A DNA stretch of 64,000 nt from Gammaproteobacteria bacterium (GTDB lineage: Bacteria; Pseudomonadota; Gammaproteobacteria; Eutrophobiales; Eutrophobiaceae): positions 1,536,001 to 1,600,000 of the forward strand of contig OZ250183.1 in NCBI GenBank assembly GCA_965238225.1, given 5' to 3'. Position 1 is the stretch's first letter. The number at the start of each line of letters is the position of its first letter. The notes under the pieces are model-generated. The model was not told where the DNA came from. It worked only from the letters and a program-made list of their open reading frames with translations, and did no database searches. This document shows positions 11,740 through 25,342 of this stretch, in pieces. Position numbers and translations under genes: made by a program.

Positions 11740-11944
11740 AATACAAGCAATTTCTGTGCTATTCATGTAATATATACACGATAATTGGTATCTTAATTTA
11801 GCTGGCAGACGGTCTCGTTGATCTTGGTTATTTTAATATAATATTTCAAATAACATTCATTGGCGCAGGCTACAGCCTAAGCAATGAAATAACCACCGCC
11901 GCTTTCGTAAAGTTAAACAGTCCAGATATTGACGAGGAATAAAA

Positions 11945-13354
11945 ATGTCTAAAGAAAATGTAATGAAACTTATCAAAGACCATGAAATTAAGTTTGTTGA
12001 CCTGCGTTTTACCGACACGAAAGGCAAAGAACAACATGTCACCATCCCCACTTCTATTGTGGATGCTGATTTTTTTAATGACGGCAAGATGTTTGATGGG
12101 TCATCAATTGCCGGCTGGAAAGGCATTAACGAGTCTGACATGGTATTGATGCCTGAAGCAGAGACCGCGGTCATAGATCCTTTCTATGATGATGCAACGG
12201 TCAATATTCGTTGCGATGTTCTTGAACCTACAACAATGCAAGGTTACGAGCGTGATCCTCGCTCTTTGGCTAAGCGTGCAGAAACCTATCTACAATCTAC
12301 AGGTATCGCTGACACCGCGTACTTTGGTCCAGAACCAGAATTTTTTGTCTTTGACGATGTTCGTTGGTCAGACAATGTAAATAGTGCTTTCTATGAAGTT
12401 GATTCAGACGAAGGTTGTTGGAATAACGATACCATTACTGAAGGTCAGAATATTGGTCACCGTCCTAGCGTGAAAGGTGGTTATTTTCCTGTTCCTCCTG
12501 TTGATTCGCAACAGAATATACGCTCAGAGATGTGTACCATTTTAGAAGAAATGGGTGTGCCGGTTGAAGTGCATCACCACGAAGTAGCTACTGCTGGTCA
12601 GGCTGAAATCGGTACTCGATTTGATACATTATTAAAGCGTGCTGACAAGAATATGACACTGAAATATGTTGTACACAATGTTGCCCATGCCTATGGCAAG
12701 ACAGCAACTTTCATGCCTAAGCCACTGGTCGGTGACAATGGTAACGGTATGCACGTGCACCAATCACTGTTTAAAGACGGCAAAAATCTATTTGCAGGGG
12801 ATCAATATGGCGGTCTGTCTGAAACAGCTTTGCATTATATTGGTGGAATTTTTAAACATGCGCGCGCAATTAACGCCTTCTCAAATGCCAGCACTAATAG
12901 TTATAAACGTTTAGTTCCAGGCTTTGAAGCTCCAACATTACTGGCCTATTCGGCGCGGAACCGATCAGCCTCTATTCGCATCCCCTGGGACGCAAACCCT
13001 AAGGCTCGTAGAATTGAAGTGCGTTTCCCGGATTCATGTGGCAATCCTTATTTTACCTTTTCAGCATTAATAATGGCAGGTCTTGATGGCATCCAGAATA
13101 AGCTTGATCCTGGTCAAGCAATGGAACAGGATCTTTACAATCTAACCAGAGAAGAAGAAAGAAATATTCCAACTGTCGCACCTTCTTTAGATATAGCCTT
13201 GGATGCGCTGGATAATGATCGTGAATTTCTGACAGCAGGCGGTGTTTTTACGGACAATATGATTGATGGCTACATTGAATTAAAGATGGAAGAGGTCAGT
13301 CGTCTGCGCATGGCTACACATCCAGTGGAATTTGACCAGTATTACAGTTTATAA
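11945..13354 (+). CDS. glnA: Glutamine synthetase type I
   Basis: [24 protein letters not shown]; adenylylation-site region QDLYNL. Confidence 0.98.
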   Translation: MSKENVMKLIKDHEIKFVDLRFTDTKGKEQHVTIPTSIVDADFFNDGKMFDGSSIAGWKGINESDMVLMPEAETAVIDPFYDDATVNIRCDVLEPTTMQGYERDPRSLAKRAETYLQSTGIADTAYFGPEPEFFVFDDVRWSDNVNSAFYEVDSDEGCWNNDTITEGQNIGHRPSVKGGYFPVPPVDSQQNIRSEMCTILEEMGVPVEVHHHEVATAGQAEIGTRFDTLLKRADKNMTLKYVVHNVAHAYGKTATFMPKPLVGDNGNGMHVHQSLFKDGKNLFAGDQYGGLSETALHYIGGIFKHARAINAFSNASTNSYKRLVPGFEAPTLLAYSARNRSASIRIPWDANPKARRIEVRFPDSCGNPYFTFSALIMAGLDGIQNKLDPGQAMEQDLYNLTREEERNIPTVAPSLDIALDALDNDREFLTAGGVFTDNMIDGYIELKMEEVSRLRMATHPVEFDQYYSL

Positions 13355-13556
13355 AATACGGCTTATTAGTATTCGATGGGAATCCACTGACTGGGATTTT
13401 GAGCAGGAAAACCCCAGCAATAAAGCTTATGCGATAACCCTATGAGTCGATCTTATGTCATACAGGGCAAATAACCCGGAAAAATAATATAGAACTTTTC
13501 GGGTTTTCATCACTCAAATCTATTGAGGCGATGAATAATACGGGCTATATTGAATC

Positions 13557-14135
13557 ATGAGAATCTTCTTTTTAATTATGACATTGATTTTAGCAGCGGA
13601 GGTCTTTGCTGATGTATACCGTACGGTTGACAAAAATGGGAATGCCATCTTCACTGACAAAAATTCCCCGGATGCTGAAAAAATCAAGATGCAGAAGACT
13701 ACTACTACGATTGACTCATTAGATTTGCCAGATCTTTCATTAATTGAAGGAAATGCAATTGAAAGAGGTGAAAGGAATGGGTCTTCTATAAAGGAACTGG
13801 CTCAGGCAAGCTATGCAAAACTAGAGATTACCAATCCTAAAAATGACCAAGTATTTACGAACATAGACAATATGACTGTTAGTGTTGTAGCTCAACCACA
13901 ATTGAATACCGCAAATGGTGATCATTTCATTCTGAATATAAATGGCAAAAAAATGACTACCTCAAACTCGCCTTCTTTTGGTTTGACTGACATTACTAGA
14001 GGTACGCATGAGATAGAGGTGTATATCGCCAATAAAAATGGTGAATCTCTGGTTCGCTCTGCACCTGTCTCATTTACTGTGAAACGCCACACTATCTTAT
14101 TGCCAAAAAAGCCATCTACACCCTCCACAAACTAA
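13557..14135 (+). CDS. DUF4124-domain secreted protein
   Basis: Signal peptide followed by VYRTVDKNGNAIFTD; this family commonly follows glnA. Confidence 0.8.
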   Translation: MRIFFLIMTLILAAEVFADVYRTVDKNGNAIFTDKNSPDAEKIKMQKTTTTIDSLDLPDLSLIEGNAIERGERNGSSIKELAQASYAKLEITNPKNDQVFTNIDNMTVSVVAQPQLNTANGDHFILNINGKKMTTSNSPSFGLTDITRGTHEIEVYIANKNGESLVRSAPVSFTVKRHTILLPKKPSTPSTN

Positions 14136-14185
14136 TACATCAAATAACACGCTTTATTTTTTCTCAGGATCATTTTTTTACAGAG

Positions 14186-15547
14186 TCATTCCTTTTTAGG
14201 ACGCTTCCAGTCAGACAAAGATTTTTGCTGTGTACGGCTTATTGCCAGTTCATTCTCAGAAACATCTTTTGTGATTGTTGTTCCCGCAGCAATCGTTGCT
14301 CCTGAGCTAATTGTAACAGGCGCGACTAACTGAACATTAGAGCCAACAAAAACATTATCGCCAATAATTGTCTTATGCTTATTAACACCATCATAATTAC
14401 AGGTAATCACACCAGCGCCAACGTTGGTATCTGTTCCGATATCACTATCACCAATATAACTTAGATGATTAATTTTGGAGCCATTGCCGACGACGGATTT
14501 TTTAATCTCAACAAAATTTCCTACATGTACGTTTTCATTCAATACTGTTTCAGGTCTAATTCTGGCAAAAGGGCCAACACGACAAGATTTGCCAATCACA
14601 GCATTTTCTATCACAGAGTTTGGTAAAATCTCTACGTCATCATCAATGATAGTATTCTTTATAATGCAATTTGCACCAATGCGCACACCTCTGCAAATTT
14701 TTAACTGGCCTTCCAATATAACGTTAATGTCAATATAACAATCAGAATCAATCTCTAAATTACCTCTGAGATCAAAGCGTTGTGGATCCATAATGGTGAT
14801 GCCTTTTCTCATTAATTGATGCGCCTGTATTAATTGATAATAGCGTTCTAGTTCTGACAATTGCATATGATTATTTACACCTCTACTCTCAACCTCAGAA
14901 TATGGCTGCACAGAATTTATTTTTATCCCATCATTAACTGCTATCTTAATAATATCGGTTAGATAAAATTCATTCTGTGCATTGTTGTCTTCAAGTTTGT
15001 CTACACATTTTTTTAGCACCTTACCATTAACCACCATCATCCCGGTATTTATTTCACGAATCTTCTTTTCATTATCTGACGTATCCCGCTCTTCAGCAAT
15101 TCTGGATATATCATTATTTTTATTTCGTATGATACGGCCGTAGCCGTATGGGTCATCTGCAAAGGAAGTTAAAAGAGAAAAATTTGTTTCTTCTGCAGCA
15201 CGAACAAGATTGCTTAGGGTTTCCTTCGTAATCAGTGGAACATCACCATACAGCACCAACACAAGATCCTTATCTGGTATATTGGGTAATGCCTGTCTAA
15301 CAGCATGGCCTGTACCTAACTGCTCTTTTTGCTCAACCCAGTCAACCGACAAATGGGAAAGTTTGTTTTTGATTTGTTCTTCGCCATGTCCACAGACAAT
15401 ATAGATGCCGCGCGACTCCATCATAGAAGCAGTATGATGAACATGCTCAAGAAGTGTTGTACCTGCGAGATCGTGCAAAACTTTTGGTTTGTCGGAAAAC
15501 ATCCGACTGCCTTGCCCTGCTGCTAGAATGATAATGCTTAATGACAT
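14186..15547 (-). CDS. glmU: Bifunctional UDP-GlcNAc pyrophosphorylase / GlcN-1-P acetyltransferase
   Basis: LAAGQGSRM, QLGTGHA, hexapeptide repeats, TCNYDG. Confidence 0.97.
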   Translation of the reverse strand: MSLSIIILAAGQGSRMFSDKPKVLHDLAGTTLLEHVHHTASMMESRGIYIVCGHGEEQIKNKLSHLSVDWVEQKEQLGTGHAVRQALPNIPDKDLVLVLYGDVPLITKETLSNLVRAAEETNFSLLTSFADDPYGYGRIIRNKNNDISRIAEERDTSDNEKKIREINTGMMVVNGKVLKKCVDKLEDNNAQNEFYLTDIIKIAVNDGIKINSVQPYSEVESRGVNNHMQLSELERYYQLIQAHQLMRKGITIMDPQRFDLRGNLEIDSDCYIDINVILEGQLKICRGVRIGANCIIKNTIIDDDVEILPNSVIENAVIGKSCRVGPFARIRPETVLNENVHVGNFVEIKKSVVGNGSKINHLSYIGDSDIGTDTNVGAGVITCNYDGVNKHKTIIGDNVFVGSNVQLVAPVTISSGATIAAGTTITKDVSENELAISRTQQKSLSDWKRPKKE

Positions 15548-15656
15548 AGATGAGACTTAAGTCTATTGGATAGCTGCTAAAAATTAAAATATCATGCCAA
15601 TTTCATTAACTAATTTCGTTAATTAGCATGATGGCGTAACGATTAAGGATTATATC

Positions 15657-16085
15657 TTAGGAACGACCTGAGCGATTTTGTAACTTTTGCAGTGCTTCAT
15701 ATTTCGCCCTAGCTTCAATCATCTGCTGTTGTATACGTTCGTAATCAACATCATCGCTACAATCATTAAATGCATGCTCCGCATCTTCTTTTGCCTTTAA
15801 GACTGCAGATTCATCCATATCCTCCGTCCTTGAGGCACTGTCAGATAAAATGGTTACTACATGTGGCTGTATTTCAAGCAATCCGCCAGACACGAAAAAT
15901 GATTCTTCTTTATTCTCAGGTAATTGTAATCGAACCAAGCCAGGCTTTAAGGTTGTTATCAAGGGGGTATGTCTGGGGGCAATACCCAGCTCACCCATCT
16001 TCCCTGGAACAAACGCCATCTCGACTAAACCAGAATAAAGCTCTGTCTCAGCACTTACAATGTCGACATGAATGGTTGCAGCCAA
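15657..16085 (-). CDS. atpC: ATP synthase epsilon subunit
   Basis: GELGIAPRHTPL; operon position. Confidence 0.96.
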   Translation of the reverse strand: MAATIHVDIVSAETELYSGLVEMAFVPGKMGELGIAPRHTPLITTLKPGLVRLQLPENKEESFFVSGGLLEIQPHVVTILSDSASRTEDMDESAVLKAKEDAEHAFNDCSDDVDYERIQQQMIEARAKYEALQKLQNRSGRS

Positions 16086-16155
16086 TTAATTGTCCCTCAA
16101 ATGTTTTTGGTCATTAAATATCTACACATAAAATATGTATAGGTCAGAAGATAGA

Positions 16156-17595
<1,440 letters not shown>

Positions 17596-17614
17596 TTAAT
17601 AAAATATGTTTAAT

Positions 17615-18478
17615 TTAAACTGCCGCCGCACCACTGACAATTTCAGATAATTCCTGAGTAATTGCTGCCTGTCGCGCCTTATTATATACAAGCTGCAAAT
17701 CATCAATCAGCGTACTTGCGTTATCAGAGGCACTTTTCATAGCGATCATACGCGCGGCCTGTTCGCAAGAAATATTTTCAATCACTCCCTGATATACTAA
17801 TGACTCTATAAATCGAGTTAGTAGATGATCAAGAATTTCCTTTGAGTTTGGTTCATAGATATAGTCCCAGTGATGCTTCAACTCATCTTCATCACTTTCC
17901 TTAACCGGAAGAAGCTGTTCAATTGTTGGCTCTTGCGTCATTGAATTAATAAATGTATTGGAAACCAAATGCACCTGGTCAATTTTTTCATCATTAAAAG
18001 AATCCAACATGATCTTCACTGTGCCTATCAAATCGTCAACCGACGGCTTATCTCCAATATGTGTTGATTGACCAACAATAGATCCGCCAACGCGAGTAAA
18101 AAAACCAACTGCCTTAGTGCCAATTAAACACATATCAATGCCTATGCCCTTGTCACTCCATTCCTTCATGCGATTTATTGTTTCACGAAACAAATTTGAA
18201 TTCAGACCGCCACAAAGACCGCGATCACTAGAAACAACAATTATGCCAACACGTTTAACCTTGTCACGTTTGTCTAGGTAAGAATGCTTATATTCCGAAC
18301 TGGCATTGCCCAGATGCGCAATAATATTACGAATCTTGTCAGCGTATGGTCTGGCTGCTCTCATTCGTTCCTGAGCTTTGCGCATCTTACTGGCAGCGAC
18401 CATTTCCATCGCCTTGGTAATCTTTTGCGTATTTTTTATGCTGGCAATTTTGGTTCTTACTTCTTTTGCAGAAGCCAT
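17615..18478 (-). CDS. atpG: ATP synthase gamma subunit
   Basis: [26 protein letters not shown]. Confidence 0.98.
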   Translation of the reverse strand: MASAKEVRTKIASIKNTQKITKAMEMVAASKMRKAQERMRAARPYADKIRNIIAHLGNASSEYKHSYLDKRDKVKRVGIIVVSSDRGLCGGLNSNLFRETINRMKEWSDKGIGIDMCLIGTKAVGFFTRVGGSIVGQSTHIGDKPSVDDLIGTVKIMLDSFNDEKIDQVHLVSNTFINSMTQEPTIEQLLPVKESDEDELKHHWDYIYEPNSKEILDHLLTRFIESLVYQGVIENISCEQAARMIAMKSASDNASTLIDDLQLVYNKARQAAITQELSEIVSGAAAV

Positions 18479-18562
18479 CTATCTACGTCTCATCATTTGA
18501 TTCACTTAACTTAAGTAATCTGGATCTAATTAATTTCATTGTCGGCTCAAAAAATACTGAAA

Positions 18563-20104
18563 TTACCATGTATTATCTTTCTTGAAATTTTCGATACCGT
18601 CCTTGAGTGCTGCTTCAATCTCATCATTGTATTCACCTTGCTCATTAATCTGCTTCATCATATCCGCACGATCACTATGTAAAAAGGTATGTAATGCATC
18701 TTCAAAGATACTGATCTTTTCAAGCTTAATATCATCCATAAAACCATATTCAACTGCGTACAAACTAACAGCCATTTCAGCGATACTTAATGGGGAATAT
18801 TGACGTTGTTTCATCAATTCCATCACACGCTGGCCACGCTCTAACTGCGCGCGTGTCGCATCATCAAGATCCGATGCGAACTGAGCGAAAGCTGCCAATT
18901 CACGATACTGAGCAAGGGCTAGACGAATACCACCACCCAACTTCTTAATAATCTTGGTTTGTGCTGCACCCCCCACGCGAGACACTGACAGACCTGCGTT
19001 AATCGCAGGACGAAAACCGGCGTTAAACAAGTCAGTTTCCAGAAAAATCTGGCCATCGGTGATAGATATGACGTTGGTGGGCACGAATGCAGATACGTCA
19101 CCTGCTTGCGTTTCAATAATGGGTAAAGCTGTTAGTGAGCCAGTTTGGCCTGTGACCTTACCGTTTGTAATCTTCTCAATGTGCTGTACGCTGACACGTG
19201 ATGCACGTTCCAATAGACGCGAATGCAAATAGAACACATCGCCAGGATAGGCTTCGCGACCAGGCGGGCGTTTCAGTAATAATGAAATTTGGCGATAGGC
19301 CCAAGCTTGCTTGGTCAAATCATCATAAATAATCAGTGCGTCTTCACCAAGATCACGGAAATATTCGCCCATGGTACAACCGGAATAAGGCGCAATGTAT
19401 TGCAATGCTGCTGAATCAGATGCACTTGCTGAAACTACAATAGTATGTTCCAACGCACCATGCTCTTCTAGTTTGCGAATTACCGCTGCAACCGAAGAAG
19501 CTTTTTGGCCAATTGCAACATAGACACATTTAACGCCTGTGCCTTTCTGGTTAATGATGGTGTCTACCGCGACAGCCGTTTTACCTGTTTGGCGATCACC
19601 AATAATTAACTCACGTTGGCCACGACCAATTGGCACCATGGAGTCAATTGACTTAAGCCCGGTTTGTACAGGCTGGTCAACAGACTTTCTGGCAATAACC
19701 CCAGGGGCAATCTTTTCAATCGGGGAAGTTTCAGAGCAGGCTATCTCACCTTTGCCATCAATCGGGTTACCCAGCGCATCAACAACACGACCAAGTAATT
19801 CTCTGCCAACAGGAACTTCAAGAATACGTTGTGTACATTTTGCTGTATCGCCTTCAGAGATATGCTCATATGCACCCATGATAACGACACCGACTGAGTC
19901 GCGCTCAAGGTTTAACGCCAAGCCGTAGGTATTGCCATGAAGTTCTATCATTTCGCCCTGCATGGCATCGCTTAAGCCATGAATAGTTGCAATCCCATCT
20001 TTCAAACTAACCACTGTACCTTCGGTGCGGGCTTCGGTTTCAAGGTCTAGACCTTGAATTTTTTTCTTAATCAGATCACTTATTTCTGCTGCGCTGATGG
20101 CCAT
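18563..20104 (-). CDS. atpA: ATP synthase alpha subunit
   Basis: [28 protein letters not shown]. Confidence 0.99.
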   Translation of the reverse strand: MAISAAEISDLIKKKIQGLDLETEARTEGTVVSLKDGIATIHGLSDAMQGEMIELHGNTYGLALNLERDSVGVVIMGAYEHISEGDTAKCTQRILEVPVGRELLGRVVDALGNPIDGKGEIACSETSPIEKIAPGVIARKSVDQPVQTGLKSIDSMVPIGRGQRELIIGDRQTGKTAVAVDTIINQKGTGVKCVYVAIGQKASSVAAVIRKLEEHGALEHTIVVSASASDSAALQYIAPYSGCTMGEYFRDLGEDALIIYDDLTKQAWAYRQISLLLKRPPGREAYPGDVFYLHSRLLERASRVSVQHIEKITNGKVTGQTGSLTALPIIETQAGDVSAFVPTNVISITDGQIFLETDLFNAGFRPAINAGLSVSRVGGAAQTKIIKKLGGGIRLALAQYRELAAFAQFASDLDDATRAQLERGQRVMELMKQRQYSPLSIAEMAVSLYAVEYGFMDDIKLEKISIFEDALHTFLHSDRADMMKQINEQGEYNDEIEAALKDGIENFKKDNTW

Positions 20105-20245
20105 GCCTTATTCCTCATCTGCCATTAAATTTCCACTATTAAATTTCGTATGTATCAATATTCTATGCACCATTTTCTAAAAAAATTATTTACAGCACTA
20201 AATTACACTACAAATCATTTCATTGCTGCTATATTCGTTAACTAC

Positions 20246-20782
20246 TTAATTGCGCATCTGCATTTTTAATGCCTGTAAACGACCTTTTATAGAAGCATTA
20301 ATTACTTCGTCACCTGTCCGAATTACCACACCGCCTATCAATGAATCATCGGTATCGTGGGTGATGTCTACTTTTCTCTTCAGGCGTTTTGCCATTACCT
20401 CTGATATATTTTCCTGCTGCTTTGCTGTTAGTTCATAAGCTGAGGTCACGGCAACTTTAATCACGCCTTCAGCTTCTGCTCGTAGTTCTTCATACAGTAT
20501 TTTTATTTCAGGAATAAGCGCCAAACGTCCAGCTTGTGCAAGCACCTTGACTAGATTATTACCTGTTTCACTAAGCGCCTCACCACATACACTCAAGATA
20601 AGGTGAGATAATGTCTCAGCATCCAGTTTTGGATTTTTCAGTACTGCTTGCAGTTTAGCATCAGCCACAACTGTATTCAGCAGCCCTAACATTAAAGACC
20701 ACTCGGCTAACTTGTTTTCTTCGCACGCCGTCGCAAATACTGCTCGAACATAAGGCCTAGCCTGCGTTGTTTTTTCCTGCAT
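20246..20782 (-). CDS. atpH: ATP synthase delta subunit
   Basis: ARPY..., SLIGGVVIRTGD. Confidence 0.95.
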   Translation of the reverse strand: MQEKTTQARPYVRAVFATACEENKLAEWSLMLGLLNTVVADAKLQAVLKNPKLDAETLSHLILSVCGEALSETGNNLVKVLAQAGRLALIPEIKILYEELRAEAEGVIKVAVTSAYELTAKQQENISEVMAKRLKRKVDITHDTDDSLIGGVVIRTGDEVINASIKGRLQALKMQMRN

Positions 20783-20819
20783 TTTTCTATTTTTTCAGAA
20801 GCTCGTTCATGTTATCGAC

Positions 20820-21290
20820 TTACAGACTGGCTCTGATTTTATCAAGCACTTCATTATGCGCATTCTTATCAACTTCTCTCATTAAGATTTGCTCAGCTCC
20901 GGCAATTGCCAAAGCAGATACTTCAGAGCGTAATGTCTCTTTCGCCGCCTGACGTTCCTGTTCAATCTCAACTCTTGCCGCATGCAAAATACGCTCACCT
21001 TCGTCGCGCGCATCATCTTTGGCTGCATCGACAATCTCATCATGACGTTTTTGTGCTTGATTAATAAATTCCATGGATTTTTCTTTTCCTTCACGCAAGA
21101 TTTCAGCTGATTTTTGCTCTGCAAGCAAAAGCTCATGATGACCCTTTTCTGCTTCAGCGAGACCGTCTGCAATCCTCTTCGTACGTTTATTCAGCGCATC
21201 CATAATAGGCGGCCACACATACTTCATAGTAAAAATTACAAACAGGAAGAATGACAATGATTGTGCGAGCAATGTGACAGTGATATTCAT
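20820..21290 (-). CDS. atpF: ATP synthase F0 subunit b
   Basis: MKYVWPP followed by coiled coil. Confidence 0.96.
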   Translation of the reverse strand: MNITVTLLAQSLSFFLFVIFTMKYVWPPIMDALNKRTKRIADGLAEAEKGHHELLLAEQKSAEILREGKEKSMEFINQAQKRHDEIVDAAKDDARDEGERILHAARVEIEQERQAAKETLRSEVSALAIAGAEQILMREVDKNAHNEVLDKIRASL

Positions 21291-21337
21291 GCTTTACACC
21301 TCTCCATAATCCAGTTCTCTTAAGTTTGAACTGGCAG

Positions 21338-21604
<267 letters not shown>

Positions 21605-21641
21605 TTAAAAATATACTTAAACTTAATTCCCGACCAAATAT

Positions 21642-22517
<876 letters not shown>

Positions 22518-22543
22518 TTATCCCAAGTATCATTGAATTTGTT

Positions 22544-22978
22544 CTAGTTGTTATTAAATAGTATAATCAATCCAGTCAAATTTATAACCAGTATTAGTAT
22601 ATACGCAGCAAAAAACGAAACCGCGTGCAATGGTTTTATTACTGCAAAACAGATCGCAAACATTGCTATTGCTAATAAAAATTTCTGCACCTCACTAATA
22701 TAAAAACAACTCAATATCGACTGCGGCGTCTGCTGCTTAACACGCTTTGGGGCGCTTCTCGTCAAGATATTTCTGGCGAAATAAACATTCGGCAAAATGC
22801 ACACTGCGCTGCCTAATAAAATAGAATACGCAATAACCAAGCCACAGAATGTATATGACGCAAGTGCAACAACAACTGTAACGATTAGCTCAATACAAAC
22901 CAATCTACAGAAGATGGCTCTATTTTTTGTTATTTTTGTATTACAGTTCAAACTACTGCTTCTTTGAATATTTAGCAA
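22544..22978 (-). CDS. atpI: ATP synthase protein I
   Basis: Hydrophobic; GSAVCILPN..FA and FY.SE..KF motifs; first gene of the operon; start uncertain. Confidence 0.85.
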   Translation of the reverse strand: MLNIQRSSSLNCNTKITKNRAIFCRLVCIELIVTVVVALASYTFCGLVIAYSILLGSAVCILPNVYFARNILTRSAPKRVKQQTPQSILSCFYISEVQKFLLAIAMFAICFAVIKPLHAVSFFAAYILILVINLTGLIILFNNN

Positions 22979-23188
22979 ACAGTAATGCCAGCCTTCAAAA
23001 GCACCGTATTTTCGTTTACAATACCCTTAATCGTTTGCTGCATCCTTAAAAATCTGTCATTGCAATTAATTTATTCTTAAAAATAACGTGTCTGCCACGC
23101 ATCCTTAAATATGTAGAACGTAACTTATAATACCATTAGTAGTGTGATAATCTTTAGATTGAGTTTATAAATATGAGAATGCTAGACA

Positions 23189-25294
23189 ATGTTATTGACA
23201 TCCATACGTGAAAAAAATACAACCTTTATCTTCCTTAGCATACAGTGCATCATAATTGCCTTCATATTGATCTTCTTAATAAGACACGACGACCAATCAG
23301 CACAAACTCATCAACAAGAGATGAGGCTTCTTGAACTGGATGATCGAATAGAGTACTTAGATGAAGTATTGACCATGTCTGCCAGTATGTTTGCTGCAAC
23401 AAAAAAAGATAAATGGAAACAACGTTATTTCCAATATGCTGAACAGCTGGATGCTGTTATTACAGAAACCGTTCAACTCACACCCGAGATTTATTCTCAG
23501 TATATTGGAACGACCAAAACAGCCAACGACGCACTTACCAGTATGGAAAAAGAGATATTCAGCTCTGCGGGCAATGGTGATAAGGCGCTTGAGATACTAG
23601 ACGGTGATGCTTATACTAAGCATAAGCGACTCTACCGTTTTGGAATTATTGAGCTACGAAGTAACATCATTGATAAAGTGAGCCATAATCAAGCCCAGCT
23701 TAGGCAACGAATGCTGTACACTACTGGTGCGACTATGTTTATTCTGTTAGCACTATCACTAATATATGCGCAGATAATAAGTTCACGCTGGAGAAAATAT
23801 CATGAGAAGCATACGGCAGAATTACATGAAAGCGAACATAAGCTGACAATAAGTAAGAATGATGCCGAAGCTGCGAACAACGCTAAAAGCCAGTTTCTGG
23901 CCTCCATGAGTCATGAACTACGCACACCTTTGAATGCCATCATTGGTTTCACCCATATCCTACGGAAAAGTAACAAGCTGAATAAGGAAGAACATAGCGA
24001 GTATATCAATATCATTCATAAAAGTGGTGAACACCTACTGGCTCTCATCAACGATATCATCAATGTCGCCAAGATTGAATCCAATAAGGTCACCCTAGAA
24101 TATAGAGATATTAATTTATGCAATTTCTTAGATGATATCATCTCTATGATGGGGGTGCGCGCCCAAGAGAAAGCAATACTGCTAAACTCAGTTTACGCCG
24201 ACAGCCTGCCAGAATTCATCCATATTGATTCCATGAAACTACGGCAAATCATCATCAACCTGATTAGCAATTCCATCAAGTTCACCGACAGCGGTACAGT
24301 CACCCTCAAGGTTAATTATGATACACAAGGTCACAAGATGCAGAATACACTCCATGTTGAGGTACATGACACGGGCGTTGGCATCAGTCCTGAAGACCAA
24401 GCAACACTCTTCCAGCCCTTTGTACAAACAGCAACAGGTCGTGCAAATGCTTCTGGTGCCGGTCTTGGCTTGTCCATCTCACAGCACTTTGCGCAAATGA
24501 TGGGCGGTGAAATCCAGATTGACTCGAAGCTAGGACAAGGCAGTGTCTTCAAGTTCTCCATCTTAGTAGACGCTGCTGCCGATGATGGCGACCTAGGCGA
24601 AACGATGCCAGAACGTCAGGTAAGACGCATCGTTACAGGACAGAATATACCAACAGTACTGGTGATTGATGATATAGAATACAGCCGCTTATTAGTTGCT
24701 GAACACATGCAGAGGGTCGGCTTCATTGTACACACTGCCAAAAATGGCCAAGAAAGCTTGAAACTATTCAAAGAAATCCAGCCCGATCTCATCATCATGG
24801 ATATCATCATGCCTGTTATGGACGGTAGAACTGCAGCCAAGCAAATACGCCTGATGAAAAACGGTGACAAAACCAAGATGATTGCACTAACTACCAGTGT
24901 ACTTAAAGAGGATCGTGATGTCATCTTGGCATGTGGCTTTGACGACATCACCTTTAAACCGTTACGGATAGATGCACTTTTTGCGTTGATTGGGCAAATG
25001 CTTGATATTAAGTTTACCTACCACGATGAACATTTGGAAAAACCCAAACTCATAGACTCATCTGCCACAAGGGAAATAATAAAGAAGAAGTTTACAGATG
25101 ATCAGGTTGCTGCCTTAGATGACAATTGGGTGATTGAGTTTAAACAAAAAGCCATCGAAGGAGATGTAGATGCGCTCCATGCTTTGCTTAACGATTTGCC
25201 TGATAAAAACGATCCAATCAAACAACAACTGACCCAAGTTATTAATGAGTATCAGTTTGAGATGATTGAAGAAATACTTACAACTGATACTTAA
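23189..25294 (+). CDS. Membrane hybrid sensor histidine kinase (periplasmic sensor-HisKA-HATPase-REC)
   Basis: Two TMs, FLASMSHELRTPLNAI, N/G1/G2 boxes, REC VIDD...MDIIMPVMDG. Confidence 0.93.
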   Translation: MLLTSIREKNTTFIFLSIQCIIIAFILIFLIRHDDQSAQTHQQEMRLLELDDRIEYLDEVLTMSASMFAATKKDKWKQRYFQYAEQLDAVITETVQLTPEIYSQYIGTTKTANDALTSMEKEIFSSAGNGDKALEILDGDAYTKHKRLYRFGIIELRSNIIDKVSHNQAQLRQRMLYTTGATMFILLALSLIYAQIISSRWRKYHEKHTAELHESEHKLTISKNDAEAANNAKSQFLASMSHELRTPLNAIIGFTHILRKSNKLNKEEHSEYINIIHKSGEHLLALINDIINVAKIESNKVTLEYRDINLCNFLDDIISMMGVRAQEKAILLNSVYADSLPEFIHIDSMKLRQIIINLISNSIKFTDSGTVTLKVNYDTQGHKMQNTLHVEVHDTGVGISPEDQATLFQPFVQTATGRANASGAGLGLSISQHFAQMMGGEIQIDSKLGQGSVFKFSILVDAAADDGDLGETMPERQVRRIVTGQNIPTVLVIDDIEYSRLLVAEHMQRVGFIVHTAKNGQESLKLFKEIQPDLIIMDIIMPVMDGRTAAKQIRLMKNGDKTKMIALTTSVLKEDRDVILACGFDDITFKPLRIDALFALIGQMLDIKFTYHDEHLEKPKLIDSSATREIIKKKFTDDQVAALDDNWVIEFKQKAIEGDVDALHALLNDLPDKNDPIKQQLTQVINEYQFEMIEEILTTDT

Positions 25295-25342
25295 AAGTTA
25301 TATTATTGAGTTTGGTAGAGAAATAGATAAAGGCGCACGTGC

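Noticed and set aside
11780-11945. Sigma54 promoter or NtrC box upstream of glnA
   Set aside because: TGGC/TGGT candidates lack correct GG-N10-GC spacing, and the NtrC-like palindrome is too degenerate
18179-18193. parS-like sequence tgtttcacgaaaca
   Set aside because: Two bases short of TGTTTCACGTGAAACA and inside the atpG coding sequence
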